Source: Chiloscyllium plagiosum (lineage: Eukaryota). From it: a DNA stretch of 64,000 bases. The translations under genes were made by a program, and so were the position numbers. Below, piece after piece: positions 62,908-64,000 of the stretch. Position 1 is the stretch's first letter. Each line of letters starts with the position of its first letter. The DNA lies in the NCBI RefSeq assembly GCF_004010195.1, contig NC_057719.1, positions 93,325,946-93,389,945 on the forward strand. The letters are read 5' to 3'. Under the pieces are notes generated by a model. It ran no database searches. It was not told the DNA's origin and was given only the letters and a program-made list of their open reading frames with translations.

Positions 62908-63230
62908 CGCCAGGGGAAGCACTCCTGCCACACAGCGCTGGGACACAGGTTTGATTCCAGCCTCGGATAACTGTCTGTGTGGTGTTTGTACATTCTCCCC
63001 ATGTCTGCGTGGGTTACCTCCTAGTGCTCCGAATTCTTCCCACAATCCAAAGATGTGCAGGTTACTTGAATTGGCCATGCTAAATCGCCCATAGTATTAA
63101 GGGATGTGTAGGTTAGGTGCATTAGTCAAGGGTAAATATAGGAGGAATGGGTTTGGGTGAGGTCCTCTTCGGAGTGTCAGTGTGGGCTTGTTGGGCCAAA
63201 GGGTCTGTTTCCACACTGTAGGGATTCTAT
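62908..63230 (+). mobile_element. HE1-type SINE
   Basis: gcactcctgccacacagcgctgggacacaggtttgattcc head; V-domain-like core; gggccaaagggtctgtttccacactgtagggattctat tail. Confidence 0.9.
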
Positions 63231-63239
63231 ATTATATGT

Positions 63240-63700
63240 CTATACGACCCTCTCAGTCCAAAACAAACTCCACAAAGCCTCTCTCAATCCCCTGTCCTTC
63301 ACTTTAAGCATGTGTCCCTTTGTGTTTGACCCTGCAAGTAAGGGAAACAGCTGCTGTTTGTTCATCCTCTCCATACCCTTTATGGTCTTGTACACCTGTA
63401 CCTGGTTCCCTCCTCAACCTTCCCTTCTACAAAGAAAAAAGATGCACATTTAGCCCGCCTTCTTCACAGTTTGTCTTGTCTTGTTAATTTAGATATGCAT
63501 CATCTCACATTTAGCAGTGTTAAGTTTCATCGGCCATTGATCTGGTTATTGAAATCATCTGTTTATATCGTCCTGTAGCCTAACCCTTTTCTCCTCGATA
63601 TGAACCACTCAGCTAATCTTTGTGTCATCTCTAACATTATTTATCATCCCACAGACACTCATCTTCCATATTCTCACCATCTTCATTTAGGAATATCACA
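63240..63700 (-). mobile_element. Internally deleted CR1 fragment, related to 32760-33230
   Basis: gggaaacagctgct..gttca.cct and tcctgtagcct..cagct.atcttt.tgtcatc shared with the 33-kb copy. Confidence 0.75.
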
Positions 63701-64000
63701 AACAAACCTTGAATCCCTTCTGTTCTCCAGAGGCTACTCTCAGAGCTAGAATGAATAATTTCAGTTTCTTGCTTATTTTGGCAAATTTACAGAGTGATGT
63801 AGTTAACATCTTTTATGAGGGAGCCACAAATAGCATTTTCGACACAGTTGAATTCAGCTGTGTCCATCTGCATGTCTTATTCACTATATGTCTTATTCAT
63901 AAAACTTGTAAATAATTTAAGAAGCACTAGGGTTTGGCACCTTGCATTGGATCATTAGCATTTTGCGTGGCACTGTTCTTTTAACATTCCCTGTAATAAT

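Noticed and set aside
63709..63915. Exon 2 of the GPCR (acceptor-like ttctgttctccag, open frame)
   Set aside because: The translation lacks the TM1 Asn and TM2 LAxxD motifs, and the homologous block at about 33270 has a stop in the same frame.
1..64000. CRISPR arrays, rRNA, prokaryotic operons or defence systems
   Set aside because: No repeat-spacer periodicity, rRNA motifs or gene-dense coding; all RT and nuclease motifs are explained by eukaryotic retroelements.

Overview
Eukaryotic, retroelement-saturated DNA. The repeat families (tRNA-headed HE1-type SINEs, CR1 LINEs with GDSL-esterase ORF1, Poseidon- and Neptune-type Penelope-like elements) point to a shark or other elasmobranch; this is inferred from family recognition, with no search run. 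Most of the window is nested, decayed CR1, Penelope (PLE) and SINE copies, plus one decayed Gmr1-type Gypsy LTR element (37296-43197, minus strand, integrase upstream of RT). The only convincing host coding sequence is a first coding exon of a GPR139/GPR142-like class A GPCR (43878-44079, +); I could not find its second exon in the window. The most unusual signal is the PLE architecture: many insertions are fold-backs (inverted repeats from about 120 bp to 2 kb), several have target-site duplications (TSDs) and minimal hammerhead-ribozyme cores, and one has copied a CR1 3' tail into both arms. Also seen: a 96-bp apparent TSD, degenerate monomer repeats in a CR1 5' region, and two unexplained diverged duplicated blocks. 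There are two assembly gaps. Boundaries of old repeats are approximate (tens of bp), and identity figures are by-eye estimates.
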